Below are positions 35,001-48,765 of a stretch of DNA of 64,000 nucleotides, piece by piece. The notes beneath the pieces are model-generated. The model was not told where the DNA came from, did not search any database, and was given only the letters and a program-made list of their open reading frames with translations. The position numbers and the translations under genes are program-made. Numbering within the stretch: the first letter of the stretch is position 1; every line of letters begins with the position of its first letter. The stretch comes from Mobula hypostoma (lineage: Eukaryota): positions 231,758,001 to 231,822,000 of the forward strand of contig NC_086097.1 of the NCBI RefSeq assembly GCF_963921235.1, given 5' to 3'.

Positions 35001-35788
35001 TGCGCTTCGAGGACAACCACATTTGAAAACAATTTTCTATATTCCCACTGAGTTGATGGATTTTGTGAAGCTTAGTAAGGCTGGTGGCTGGTGCATCTCT
35101 TTGTATTTCTCACGGAACTGGTGTGTGGTGAATTGGCTGACTTCTATTAAGATGTTCCCATTGCAGGTATTACTAAGGTCCCTGGCATCTCTCCACTTCA
35201 CAGATGAACCATTTGCACAGTTTTTTATGTCATCTATGCTCTTGCTCTTTCATCGATCCTGTTTACAGTTACTATTCTACAGGTTTGCTGAGTATGCCCC
35301 CAGGAAAAATAATCTCAGGGTTGTATGTGCCGACATGTATGTCCTCTGAAAGTAAATTTTACTTTGAACTTTGAGACAGATGAGGTCATGACCAGTAAGT
35401 TCTCAGCTGTGTTTTAGTAGTTGCCTGACTATGGACCAGAAGAGGTCTAAATATCTTCGTGAACAGATCTCACCTGTTCTATAAAATTATGTAATAAAAT
35501 CCTGATCTGCTGTGTTTTGCAACTTTCACTTACGTTTTATATTTTCAGCATCTTCAGTTCTTGATTATTTGTCTTTGTTGATCACATAACTGAGATGGAT
35601 GACTTCACTTGCCCCATCACTGAAATGTTCCTGCAACCTATACACTCACTTTCATGGACTCTTTATTTCATGTTCTTGCTACTTATTGCTTGTTTATTTA
35701 TTATTATTATTTCTTTCTGTTTATATCTGCACAGTTTGCTGTCTTTTGCACACTGGTTGAATTCCCACTTAGTGTAGTCTTTCATTGA

Positions 35789-36731
35789 TGTTTGCGGATG
35801 ACACGAAGCTGGGTGGCAGTGTTAGCAGTGAGGAGGATGCTAAGAGGATGCAGGGTGACTTGGATAGGTTGGGTGAGTGGGCAAACTCATGGCAGATGCA
35901 ATTTAATGTGGATAAATGTGAAGTTATCCACTTTGGTGGCAAAAATAGGAAAACAGATTATTATCTGAACAGTGGCCGATTAGGAAAAGGGGAGGTGCAA
36001 CGAGACCTGGGTGTCATTATACACCAGTCATTGAAAGTGGGCATGCAGGTACAGCAGGCGGTGAAAAAGGCGAATGGTATGCTGGCATTTATAGCGAGAG
36101 GATTCGAGTACAGGAGCAGGGAGGTACTACTGCAGTTGTACAAGGCCTTGGTGAGACCACACCTGGAGTATTGTGTGCAGTTTTGGTCCCCTAATCTGAG
36201 GAAAGACATCTTTGCCATAGAGGGAGTACAAAGAAGGTTCACCAGATTGATTCCTGGGATGGCAGGACTTTCATATGAAGAAAGACTGGATGAACTGGGC
36301 TTGTACTCGTTGGAATTTAGAAGATTGAGGGGGGATCTGATTGAAACGTATAAGATCCTAAAGGGATTGGACAGGCTAGATGCAGGAAGATTGTTCCTGA
36401 TGTTGGGGAAGTCCAGAACGAGGGGTCACAGTTTGAGGATAGAGGGGAAGCCTTTTAGGACTGAGATTAGGAAAAACTTCTTCACACAGAGAGTGGTGAA
36501 TCTGTGGAATTCTCTGCCACAGGAAACTGTTGAGGCCAGTTCATTGGCTATGTTTAAGAGGGAGTTAGATATGGCCCTTGTGGCTACAGGGGTCAGGGGG
36601 TATGGAGGGAAGGCTGGGGCGGGGTTCTGAGTTGGATGATCAGCCATGATCATAATAAATGGCGGTGCAGGCTCGAAGGGCCGAATGGCCTACTCCTGCA
36701 CCTGTTTTCTATGTTTCTATGTTTCTATGTT
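35789..36731 (+). mobile_element. Young 5'-truncated CR1 with uninterrupted ORF2 C-terminus, inserted in a Rex/L2-type tail element (35585-36835)
   Basis: ORF 35785..36630 (FADD...LYKALVRPHLEYCVQFWSP...RVVNLWNSLP), 3' hairpin, (TTTCTATG)n tail. Confidence 0.95.
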
Positions 36732-37199
36732 ATAATGGTTATTATTCTGTACTGGATTTACTGCAAGAAAATGAATCTCCGGGTTGTATCTAGTGACATA
36801 TATGCAGCTTGATAATAAAGTTACTTTGAACTTTGATTTGTGTAAAATGACACAGGGCTCCAATTTACAAATTTAATCAAACCTTCCAGCTCTTTGGTTA
36901 GGTGGAGACAATGTCTTCTTACAGACATGCTTAAAAATTGCTGTGGCCAAGAATTAAAACATTAAATGGGGATCTAAGGTGTCTGCCTCACTCCCAGTTT
37001 TTCAGTTACAAGTTACTTATTTTCCAAGTGACAATTAGGTGAAAATGGGCTGCAGTGTTCCTAAATAGCCATCAAATATCAGTTGCTATTAATTCTGGGA
37101 GTCCATTCAGGAAACTTCAGTCACTCCACATTACACACAAAGTGAGACGAGGTTTCTCTACAAAGGCATGAGATATAGAAAGCTACCATGCCCTCTTTG

Positions 37200-37880
37200 A
37201 CAGGATGCTTTAGAGAGAATGCAAAGGAGCTTTACCAGGAAGCTGCCTGAATTGGAAAGGATGTCTTATGAGGATAGGTTGAGTGAGGTAGGACTTTTCT
37301 CCTTGCAGCAGATAAGGATGAAAGGTGCCTTGATAGGTTTACAAGATGATAAGAGGCATAGAATGAATGGCCATCCAGAGACTGAATGGAGGAAAGAACG
37401 GGGGTGGGTTGGGGGGGGGGAGAGTCACTTAGAAGTACAGCACAGAAACAGGCCCTTTGGCCCATCTACCCCATGCTGAAACCACTTAAACTGCCTATTC
37501 CCATCAACCTGCACCGAGACCATAGCCCTGCATACCCCTACTATCCATGTGCCTACCCAATCCTCTCTTAAACATTGAAATCGAGCTTGCATGCACCACC
37601 CCCCCCCCACCACCCGTGCTGGCAGCTTATTACAGAGGAGTCAAAGGTACATTTTTCACAGAGTGGTGTGTGCATGATACACGCTGCCGGGGTGCTGGTG
37701 GATGCAGATATATTAGGGACATTTAAGATACTCTTAGATAAGCACATGGATGGTAGAAAAGATGGAGGGTCATGTGGGAGTGAAGAGTTAGATTTATCTA
37801 CGAATGTTAAAAATATGGTACAAACAGGATTGTGGGGCAAAGAACCTCCACTGTGCTGTAATGTTCTATGTTTTATGTAG
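37200..37880 (+). mobile_element. Fragmented CR1 3' pieces (an opposite-strand piece lies at ~37430-37625)
   Basis: MQRSFTRKLPELERMSYEDRL plus CR1 3' UTR motifs. Confidence 0.7.
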
Positions 37881-38019
37881 AACAATTCCGTAATTCTACA
37901 GGTCAGGGGAATTCCATTTTATTTTAAGTAGAACAATACAGAGAGCAAATCAGAGCAGTGCACACTCTATTCAACGCAGAATTCACCGACACCTCTGCTT
38001 TCTCAGGAGGCTCAGAGAG

Positions 38020-38465
38020 CTGGACATTACTCATGTCATTCTACAGAAGCACTGTAGGGAGCATCCTAACGTACTGCGTCACTGCACGGTACGGAAACTG
38101 CACTGGAGCGGATAAAAAGGCTCTACAACGGGTCGTCAAAATGCATCATTGGCACCAGTTTTACCCATCATCATGACATACAGACAGAAAGATGCTGGAA
38201 AATGGCCAGCAATATCATGAAGGATCCCACCGTGGACTGTTGGTCCCACTCCCATCAAGGAGGAGGCTACATGGCATCCATGGCAGGACCACCAGAGTCA
38301 AAACCAGGTACTTTCCCCAAGCAGTAAGGCTGATCAAAACCTCCATCACAACTTCATCATTTCCTGTCAGAGTCACCTTGCATTTAGATGCTCCTGTGCC
38401 TAGTGTCACTTTATGTACATACAGTCAGTCTATGTATATAAGCTAATCTTTGGTCTTTATACTTA
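38020..38465 (+). mobile_element. Rex-Babar/L2-group 3' fragment (tail resumes ~39400-39520)
   Basis: FYRSTVGSILTYCVTARYGNC...LQRVVK; PLPSRRRL...YFPQAVRL. Confidence 0.8.
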
Positions 38466-38476
38466 TCGTGTTCTTA

Positions 38477-39400
38477 GGAATTGACAGTTTTGTGGCCAAG
38501 TTTGTGGACAGTACAAAGATAGGTGGAAGGCCAAGTAGTGCTAAGGAAGCAGGAAGCCTTCAGAAGGGTTTAGACAGATTAGGAGAACGGGCAAAGAAGA
38601 GGCAGATGAAATATAGTGTCGGGAAGTGTATGGTCATGCACTTTAATAGAAGGAATAAAAATGTAGACTATTTTCTAAATGGAGAGAAAATTCAAAAATC
38701 CAAGGTGCAAGATTCCCTGAAGGCTAACTTGCAGGCTGAGTCAGTGGTGAGGAAGGCAAATGCAATGATAGCATTTATCTCAAGAGAACTAGAATATAAA
38801 AGCAAGGATGGGGTGGTGAGGCTTTATAAGGCATTGGTGGGGCCTCACTTGGAGTATTGTGAGCAGTTTTGGGCCCCTTGTCGATGAAAGGATGGGCTGA
38901 CATTGGAGAGGGTTCAAAGGAGGTTCACAGAAATGATTCGGGGACTGAACAGCTTCCCTTATGAGGAGTGTTTGATGGCTCTGGGCCTGTACTCACTGGA
39001 ATTTAGAAGCATGAGGATCTCATTAAAACCTATGGACTCTTGGAAGTCCAAGATAGAGTGGATGTGGAGAGAATATTTTCTGTAATGGAGGAATCTAGGA
39101 CCAAGGGGCACAACTGCAGAATAGAGGGGCGTCCTTTTAGAATGGAGATGAGGAGGAATTTCTTTAACTAGAGGGGGTGAATCTGTGGAATTCATTGCCA
39201 AAGGCAGCTGTAGCTGTGGAGGCCAGGTCATTGAGTGTATTTAAGGAGGAGGTCGATAGATTCTTGATAAGTCAGGGTGTGAAAGGTTACAGGGAGAAGG
39301 TAGGAGAATGGGGTTGAGAGGGAAATGGATCAGCCATGATGAAATGTCAGAGCAGACTCTATGGGTCAAATGGCCTAATTCTGCTCCAATGTCTTGTTGT
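38477..39400 (+). mobile_element. 5'-truncated CR1
   Basis: ORFs 38450..38887 and 38903..39085: FVAKFVD, LYKALVGPHLEYCEQFWAP, ALGLYSLEFR. Confidence 0.9.
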
Positions 39401-40205
39401 CTTTCTGCTACTGTGTATTTTGTTTTGCTGCATTGGATCTGGGGTTACAATCATTTCATTCTCATTTACACTTGTGTACTGAAGACAGACAATAAACAAT
39501 CTTGAATCTTGAGTCTTGAATTCCTGAAGGTTAGAATACAGAATGTGTATCTCAGAAAGTTTTGCAACAGCCGGGCCTTGCTCAAACCTTTTGGATATCT
39601 GTCTGAGTTCTTATCCACAAGGTATCCAGACAATGTGTACAAACAACTGCCAGTGAATTCAGTTTGATGCTTTGTCTAGTAACTAAACAAAGGTGAGAGA
39701 CGATCAGTTGCCACCAGCAAAATAGAACACTTTCACGATTCGTTTGAACATTGGTTTCAAGCCATTGTCTCACAATATATAATAATTCTCAAATTATTGT
39801 TGATATCAATTCTGCCTGCGGCATGTGTACCACAGTCTATTGTTTTAATGAAGACATGAACCCACTTAAAGTGAGTGGTAAACTGAATTATGAACAAATG
39901 CAGTGGTCAGCCGACAACGCTGCCTGCAGCAGTTCGTAGGTCATTGTGATCTCCTCAGCTGTGTGAGGAGATGATTACATGTTCTGAGATGACACTGTGT
40001 GAAATTACAGCATCGGAAAGCCATGGGAAGAATGTGCAAACTCTTCACAGACATGTACTACCTGAAAAATAATGGAACTACTGTACCGCAACACCAGGCA
40101 GAATCATCATAGAGCATGATACTGTAATTACATATTACAAAATCTATGGATGATAGATTATTTGACTTGGCCTGGTCTTCCCTTCAGGGATCATCTGAGG
40201 CAGGG

Positions 40206-40658
40206 TTACCAAAGGTTCTCTCTGATACAGAATGGGCACATTTGAAGAAAAACACAGCTGTTCCTTATGGTGTTGTGGGGATGGGGCAGGGAGCGAGGAC
40301 AGCCAAATCCAGTCAGAAGTGCAGTGAAGGCTGGGGGTGCCATCCGCAGGCAGGACATGACTCCCCCAATCCCTAACCAGTCTGGATTTCACACAGTACT
40401 GGCTCCAGTGCTGGAGTCCCAACAGTTGTAAGTCTGTTCACCCAAAACTGGATCTAAAACTTCATTTGTCACAGGCACTCTGAAACATATGGTGAAATGC
40501 ATCACCTGGGTCAAATCAAATCAACAATGAGCAATTACCAAAGGATCTCTCTGGTTCAGAACTTGCATATTTGAAGGAAAACACAGCCGTTCCACATGGT
40601 ATTGTGGGGGTGGGGTTGGGAATGAGGACAGCCAAAGCTAGTCAGAAGTGCAGTGAAG
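40206..40658 (+). repeat. Diverged ~124-bp direct duplication (40206-40329 and 40535-40658)
   Basis: Shared TTACCAAAGG.TCTCTCTG...GAGGACAGCCAAA...AGTCAGAAGTGCAGTGAAG. Confidence 0.85.
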
Positions 40659-41789
40659 CAACCAGGCAGCCTGCAATTGTCGCCGTACTTCCACCGCCAG
40701 CAAAGCATGCCCACAGGTTACTAACCACCTAATCGTATGTCTTTGGAATGTGGGAGGAATCCACAGCTCCTGGGGGAAACCAAGGCCTCTTCTGCTCTGA
40801 CCTGTGGAAGGTACACAGACTGATCAGTATCTCTGACCAGTTTGAACTAGGTTCAGGGGACCAGAGTCAATCACAGCAAGACCGGGGCCAAGTTCTTTGG
40901 CAAATGGCCCAACTAATGCTCTGCTCCGTTCACCATCCAGTCTGAATAAACAAAGGTGCTGGGTGTCTGGTTTGGGGGCGGAGCCAGAGCACATAGCCAA
41001 GGTGAACAACACACTGGGAATGTGGCCGCAGTGAGCAGGGCGTGTGGGAGACAAGAACCCAACCACCAGGTGTGAGGGCTTTTAGTATTGCTGGACGTGA
41101 CACAAGTGTGGCCCACACCTTGTTCCTGCAAAAGTGCTCCAGCCATCCAAGTCACCATCTGTTGCATTCCGAGGTCGTGTTGGTTGAGTTGCGATGTACA
41201 AATCTCCAGAGAAGATAGGAAATTGGTACCTACTGTATTATAGCCCCCAACTTCATGGCCTCCTTTGTGTGACTGTTTCAATTTGTACGTAGAGCCAGAG
41301 TATGCAAACACCAAATGTCACTACCTGTTGAGGTTCCAGTTATGCTTGTTAGTGACCATCAGGTCTTGAAAATTAATTAAATTAGATGGGAGCCGGATGG
41401 GTTTGGTTTTACTTAAATCATGTTGGGAAGCACTGAATTTTAATTCTTTTATTTGCTGGATTACATAATGGTAAATTGTGTCATCTGAATTGAAGGTCTA
41501 TTCATAACTATTGGTCTACAAGTTCACCAGCTGACTGCAAAATAAAGCAAATTACTAGTGTCTAACAACAATCTTCATAATTCAGCTTTGGAAAAAATGG
41601 TAACATCATGCAATCTGGCTTCACATCACGAAAGATGTTCCGGGGTGCCTAGGCGCGACTTGAGTAGCAGCAACTCTCAATGGATACGATTAGATATTGC
41701 CATTTCAGCCTGATACAGCTAAAGAGCACAACTGCTTAGGACAGTACAGTCAACAAAGATGTTTTAATGCATTTAAATGAACTATCGCT

Positions 41790-42872
41790 GCTTAAAACTG
41801 ACAGAAACAACACCAATAGTGGTCAGAAGTGCCCTTGGAGGACACCTCAGAGGAAGCGCAGGTGTAGATCAGGGTTACAAGTTCACTTAAGGAAATCTGG
41901 TATGATTTGCAGAGAGCTATTTCAAGGGTGAAGAGACAATTTTGAATGAGGTTGGAGGTGACATCAGATGCGCGGCAACTCTGGCAGGGTCTGCGAGACA
42001 TTGCTTCCTACAAAGCGAAACCCGATAGCATGAATGGCAGCGATGCTTCACTACCATCGTCTTCTATGCCCGCTTTGAAAGGGAGAACACAACTACACCT
42101 GCTGCACCTGATGACCCTGTGGTCTCCATCTCAGAGGCAGATGTTAGGCTGTTTTTAAAGAGAGTGAATCTTGCAAGGTGGAAAGGCCCCTTAAAGTACC
42201 TGGTAAGGCTCTGAAAATCTGTGCCAACCAACTAGTGGGAGTATGAGTGGAAGTTCCCACTTGTTTCAAAAAGGCAACAATTCTACTGGTGCCGAAGGAG
42301 AATAACGTGGGCTGCCTTAATGACTATCGCCTTGTAGCACTCACATTGACAGTGATGAAATGCTTTGAGCGGTTGGTCATGACTAGACTGAACTCCTGCC
42401 TCAGCTAAGACCTGGACCCATTGCAATTTGCCTATCGCCACAGTAGGTCGACGGCAGACGCAATCTCCATGGCTGTCCACATGGCTTTAGACCACCTAGA
42501 CAACACAAACACCTACGTCAGGATGCTGTTCATCGACTATAGCTCAGCATTTAATACCATCATTCCCACAATCCTGATTGAGAAGTTGCAGAACCTGGGC
42601 CTCTGTACCTCCCTCTGCAATTGGATCCTTGACTTCCTAACCAGGAGACCACAATCTGTGTGGATTGGTGATAACATCTCCTCCTCGCTGATGATCAACA
42701 CTGGCGCACCTCAGGGGTGTGTGCTTAGCCCACTGCTCTACTCTCTATACACACATGACTGTGTGGCTGGGCATAGCTCAAATACCATCTATAAATTTGC
42801 TGATGATACAACAATTGTTGGTATAATCTCAGGTGGCGACGAGAAGGCATACAGGAGTGAGATATGCCAACT
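41790..42872 (+). mobile_element. Rex-Babar/L2-group RT fragment
   Basis: ORF 42421..42972: [30 protein letters not shown]. Confidence 0.9.
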
Positions 42873-43440
42873 GAATAAGGGTACAGAAGGGATAAGTGGA
42901 GCGGCCATTGTCGGGAGTAGGCCAGTGGAGAGAGTAGAAGCAACTGGCTTTGGCTCATTCAGGGCTTGGTGAAAGCAGGCTTTGGCGAGGTAAGTGGGTA
43001 GGTGGACTTCACTTTTGGTTTTTCTTTGGATCTTTTTGAGGAACAGAGAATGTGTCAGTAGGGTTAGTATTTTGCTCTGGGTGTCGGATGTGGGAATCCT
43101 GGGAATTTTCCAGCCTCCCAGATGGCCACATCTGCGCCAGGTGCACCAAGATGCAGCTCCTGAGAGACCGTGTTAGGGATCTGGAGCTGCGGCTCGATGA
43201 CTTACAGCTTATTATGGAGAGTGAACAGGAGATAGATAGGAGCTACAGGGAGTTAGTCACCCGGAGGCTGCAAGAGTTAGATAAGTGGGTGACTGTCAGG
43301 GAAGGGGTGGGAAGGGAAGAGCTCAGATTGTAGAGAGCACTCCTGTGGCCAACCCCCTCAGTAATCATTATCTCATTTTGGATGCTGTTGAGGGGGATGA
43401 CCTGACAGAGGGCGACCATGGCGATCGGGTCTCTGACACT
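42873..43440 (+). mobile_element. CR1 5' end with ORF1 N-terminal zinc-finger/leucine-zipper region
   Basis: GCGGCCATT 5' UTR motif. ORF 43052..43333 has CSGC...CARC followed by a heptad coil and KWVTVR. Confidence 0.8.
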
Positions 43441-43698
43441 CCTCAAATTAGACACTGACACCACTTACAGAAATGACTAACAACATAGTATCTGGAAGAA
43501 TATCTACTTTACGATCCAAATTTTTAACATTAGAAATTTCCACACAAAAATAAACATGAAACAAATGTTAATATATTTTGAGCAATTTCTGGCTTCCAAG
43601 CTATGTAATTATACTGTAGAATGATACATTATTTGGGTGAATGCCCTTATAAATGTTGCAACAGACTATTATAATGGAAAGATTAATACAAGATTAAT

Positions 43699-43789
43699 CC
43701 TGCCAAAGGGTTTTGACCCAAAATGTCGACTGTACTTTTTTCCATAGATGCTGCCTGGACTGCTGAGTTCCTCCAGCACTTTGTGTGTG
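43699..43789 (+). mobile_element. Short older PLE terminal insertion with degenerate hammerhead
   Basis: Perfect 16-nt TSD TTAATACAAGATTAAT (43683-43698, 43790-43805). Confidence 0.85.
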
Positions 43790-44977
43790 TTAATACAAGA
43801 TTAATGATATTTTGTAAACTGGAAAGTGCTTAAAGAATATTTTTTCATAAAATTGAGACAATTTTTTCTATGTTAACGAGGTGTTCAATAGTAATTTTAC
43901 ATACCTGCACATATATACAGGAGACACAATTCCAGCTCAAAACTTGGGCGTTCCAACTTGTACAGTTAAGAAAGGATGTAAGAAATGGGTTTTTACTAGA
44001 ACTTCATAATGTTTAACAAAATAATTTCTGAACTAATAATAAAGCAATGTCAGCATCAGCAAGACTGTATAAACAACTGGTCATAAAGATAAGACTTCGA
44101 ATCATATTGAGATGCTTGCCAACAACATTTAAAGAAAGGATTGAACTTTTCAGAAAGTAACTTTTAGAAAGGAGATCTTACATGCTGCATTATGAGAATA
44201 TATATTATGAAGAGTTCAGTAAATACTTCCCCTTCATCAAATCTCCCCATTCTGTCACTTCTAAAATATCAAACATCATTTAACAAATTTTAGAAACACT
44301 ACAGCCTGTGAGAGTCACAAAACAGAAAGAAAGCTTCAGCGACTTGCGGGCAACCAAGCAGAAATTCTTAAGACAATCAAATAAATGTCAAGAAACTTGG
44401 GTGTTAATTTACCACCTCCGTTCTCTTAGGAACTCTCCTTTAAAGAATTGTAGCAACTTTATCCTGAATATATATGTCGGCATATCGTCTCTCAAAAAAA
44501 AATCAACAATATTATGTGACTGTCGAAGTTACTTATTCTGCAAAATAATTGCACTGGTTGATTGAAATAAAAATTGTGAAGTAACATAAAATGTTTGTAT
44601 CTATTTCCATAACTTCACTTTTATTAACATTTGAACTTCATCCTTGAGTAAGTTATAGCTGTGGATAATAGAACAGATATTAAAATAATATAGATTAAAA
44701 ACAACAGGAACTAATAAAAAGCTTCTTGAGTCATTTTTATCATTCACATAAGCAAACAAAAACAATAATATGCAGAGTATAAAAAGTACATTTAATATTT
44801 AGGAATGACTAAGGGCAGTTTAGTGGTGCATTATCAAACAAATTTTAACACTAAGTACATATGCCCGAACACATATAGGCTGAAATTGATATTCAAAAAT
44901 TTGAACAGAAAGGCAATCCCTGAGGATTATCTTTTGGGAAACTGACAGTTAAAGAGGTTGAAAAGTTTACTAGGAAT

Positions 44978-45245
44978 ATTTATTACTTAGAGATACAGTG
45001 CAATCAGGCCCTTCCAGCTCATCGAGCTGTGCCGCCCAGCAACCTACTGATTTAACCCTTGCCTAATCACAGGACAATTTACAATGACCAATTAACCTAC
45101 TAAATGGTACACCTTTGGAGTGTCAGAGGAAACCAGAGCACCTGGATGAAACCTACACAAACACAGAGGTTGCCGGAATTGAACTCTGAACTCCAATGAC
45201 CCAGAGCCGTAACAGCGTCACACTCGCCACGGCACTATCGTGGCG
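44978..45245 (-). mobile_element. V-domain SINE
   Basis: Plus strand GGACAATTTACAATGACCAATTAACCTAC...GAGGAAACCAGAGCACC. Confidence 0.75.
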
Positions 45246-45560
45246 TCTGTCTTAGGGGCCTAGAAACTAAAGGCCTGAGGTCAAAATTGGAACAATTGAA
45301 AATATGTCTACATAAGAGCGAAGAATTAAGTGAATGCACAGACATGGGAGGATTGAAAGGGAGGAATTAATTAACGGGATTAACAGAGGATAAAGCCAGA
45401 ATCAGGTTTATATTTACTGACATACATCGTGAAGTTTGTGTTTTTTTCAGCTGCTGTGCAATGCAATATATAAAATATACTGCAAGTTATAATAAGAAAT
45501 ATATTTTAAAAATTAAATAGGTGATGCAAAAAATAGTGAGATGGTGTTCATGGGTTCATT

Positions 45561-45655
45561 CAACACACAAAACGCTGGAGGAACTCAGCAAGCCAGGCAG
45601 CATCTATGGAAAAGAGTACAGTCGACGCTTCGGGCCGAGACCCTTCAGCAGGACT
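45561..45655 (-). mobile_element. PLE terminal fragment with mutated hammerhead, inside Rex-type fragments (45400-45900)
   Basis: Minus strand AGTC-CTGCTGA-AGGGTCTCGGCCC-GAAGC-GTC-GACTG. Confidence 0.8.
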
Positions 45656-47690
45656 TACAGAAGCCTGAAGGCACACACTCAGTGATTCAGGAACAGCTTC
45701 TTCCCCTCTGCCAACCAATTTCACCAACATGTCCATTCATTATCCACTTAGAAATCTAATGGCAGAAGGGAAGAAGCTGTTCCTAAGATATTGAATGTGT
45801 GCCTTCAGGCTTTTGTACCTCATTTCTGATGGTAATAATGAAAAGAGAGCAAGTCCAGGGTGGTGGGGGTCCATAATGATCGATGCTTTCTTTTGAGGCA
45901 TCACCATTGGCTGCTTTAATGATAAGGATAGGGAATCCAAAGTCAAGGTAATGCTGGGGCAAGTCAGTGAATATGCTGACAATAGATGGGTGAGATTATG
46001 TGTGAGTAAAAGTACAAGCAATAAGGTTTTGTCTGAGTTTAAATTTACAGATCACTGATAGTACAACGTGGGTTGAGAGAAGTTTGGGAAAGATGTGTGT
46101 GTAAAGGCAGAGGCAATGATGAGGAGTTAGCAGTGGCTGGGTTAAGGATAGAACATGGATAAAGTTGAAATTGCATCCCAGAGTTAACTGGAATGATAAA
46201 TTTGCGAACAGCTTTATTAAATCAGAGATGAAAAACAACTTGAATTTGCAAGTCTATCCGTCCAATGCTGACCTAATTGTTATTTTCTCATTGACATATC
46301 ACCAATATTGGAAACATGCTATCCAACAATACTGATAGTGATCCTATTTTCATAATGTGAAAGGTGAAATCATTACTTGTTTAATTTTCATAACCAACAA
46401 AAGAAAATCAAATTCTTTCCTTCTTATCAAGTAAGATGATCATTTCTCAAATTTTTCAATAATGCACTTGAAAGGATTTATCTCATGTACCCTGTTTTTA
46501 CATTATTCTTTAACTCAATGACCACAGTATGAGAGCAGAATAAACTAATCTGATAAATTCGAGTATGTCTGTTTCTAGTGCTTGTAAGGAATCTGAATGA
46601 AATGAGTTTACGGACACATACTAAACACCCACCACATTCTGCTACTTAATTTTCACTTTGGCTAAGTGACACAATCAGGAAAGAAAAACCTTATTCTTCT
46701 ACTGAGATTCACCCCTAACACTGGAAGTATTTATATTGCAATGTCTTTTACCCAATCTGGAAATGTGTTTATAAATGCTTCTTTGGCTCTTTCTCTCAGA
46801 ATAAAATATTATTTAATTTTACCATGTATAAAAATTCATACTAAACCAAAGATAATTAGAAGAAAGCAATCATATCATTTTGATCTGTTGTGATCTGGTG
46901 CAACAATTTCATAAATAATTTCAGTACAGTATTCATTATTGTAAATATTTACCACTCTGCTTTTATCAAATTAAAGATCTTTCGGCCAAAACCAAACATT
47001 AACACTGTCCCAATAAAGGGTTGCTGATCAAACACACTGAGTGTTTCTCTTTTCACAGATGCAGCCAGACCTGCTGGGTTTTTCCAATGTTTCCTGTTTT
47101 TGTTTCAGATTGTCAGCATTTCCATTTTTTAAATTTTTTATCAAACTTACAGCTTTATGAATTTAGTACCTAAGAAAACTAAGTAAACTATGGTATATAC
47201 ATTTTATGAATTTTTAGTACTCAGTGGCATAAGCATGCAACATTCAACTTAATGAGAATATGCTACCTCAGTACCAAAACAAAAATAACCATGGTTTACC
47301 ATTTTCTTTTTGTTCTTACGTACAAGATGCACAATGTCAGATGTGTCCAATGGAAAATAATGTAGGGATTGAGTCTGGAAAAACATATACCCTGTCTGAG
47401 CAAAACTATTTCAGCTAAATAAACCACCTGTATTGCCTCGTCTAAGTAAAACAAAATCCAAAATTGTCAACCAATCATAAAACGGAACAGTTATCTGACC
47501 TTACTTTAGCTTTAACGTTGTTATTGTTTTCCAGGTTAAACATCACCCCCACAGGCAAGACAGTGATCTATTTTTTGTAAATTATATCTTTATTTGCTTA
47601 GTGGCTGTGTTGAAGAAGTCAATGATTGAACGACGAATTCTTGTCTCTGTATTTCGGCCTACTAGTTAGACTACAAGTTTTCATGTGACC

Positions 47691-48225
47691 TACGCTCAGT
47701 GCCCACTTTGTTAAGTACACCTGTACACCCGCTCTTTAATACAAATATCTAATCAGCCTATCAGCATCTCATGCAGACATGGTTAAGACATCCATTTGTA
47801 GTTCAGACCAAACATCAGGATGTGGAAAAAATGTGATACAAGTGACTTTGACCATGGAGTGAATATTGGTGCCAGATGGGGTGGTTTGAGTATCTCAGGA
47901 ACTTCTGATCTCCTGGGATTTTCATGCACAACTTTCTCTAGAGTTTACAATGAATGGTGTGGAAAAAAAAACAAAAAAAAAACATCCAGAGAGCAGCAGT
48001 TCTGTGGGTAAAAACACCTTGTTAATGAGGTAAGTCAGAGGAGAAATGGTCAGACTGGTTCAAGCTGACAAGAAGGTGACAGTAACTCAAACAACCATGT
48101 GTTACAACAGTGGTGTGCTGAAGAGCATCTCTGAATGCACAACATGGTAAACCTTGAAGTGGATGGGCGACAGCAGCAGAAAACCGCGAACATACACCCA
48201 GTGGCCGGGAGGTACTGAATGTACG
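47691..48225 (+). mobile_element. Second non-autonomous Tc1 copy
   Basis: ORF 47820..48011 MWKKCDTSDFDHGVNIGARWGGLSISGTSDLLGFSCTTFSRVYNEW (Tc1 HTH). Confidence 0.85.
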
Positions 48226-48474
48226 TTGACTGGGCAGGATAAAGTTAAATGTGAAGAGGCTTGTGTGAAGTATGAACATCTGCAAAATCTGTTCACCCAA
48301 ATAGTCTGTTTCGGTGCTCCAAATTCTATGAACGTCAAATTGCCTTTGGGTTAAATGTTCCTCCATGGATACAAAATAACAATGTAAATACAAATTAGAC
48401 CAGATGTGGAGTCCCAGAATATGACAGTTTACATGTAAGTGTGTTTACAACTAACTATTGTATCTATCTTAGAG

Positions 48475-48765
48475 TGGGAGATTTGGCGTGGAGGTAATTA
48501 CCACTGGATCAGTAATCCAGAGTCCCAGTTCTATGCTGGGGACATGAGTTCAAATTCCACCATGGCAGATGGTGAATTTGAATTCAATAAAAATATTTGA
48601 TAACCATGAAACCAGTCAATTGTGGTAAAAACCCATCTGATTCATAATGTCATTTAGGGGAGGAATCCTGTCGCCATTACTTGATCTGGCCTATATGTGA
48701 CTCCAGACCCACAGAAATGTGGTTGACTCTTAAAGTGCCCTCTAAAATGGCCTAGCAAGTTGTAG
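48475..48765 (+). mobile_element. tRNA-derived SINE (distinct family)
   Basis: TGGCGTGGAGGTAAT A-box region and GAGTTCAAATTCCACCA B box; body resembles a SINE recalled from shark genomes. Confidence 0.7.

Noticed and set aside
40800..41330. GC-richer segment with overlapping ORFs, possible LTR or exon
   Set aside because: No paired LTR, primer-binding site, TSD or recognisable protein motif could be established by eye.
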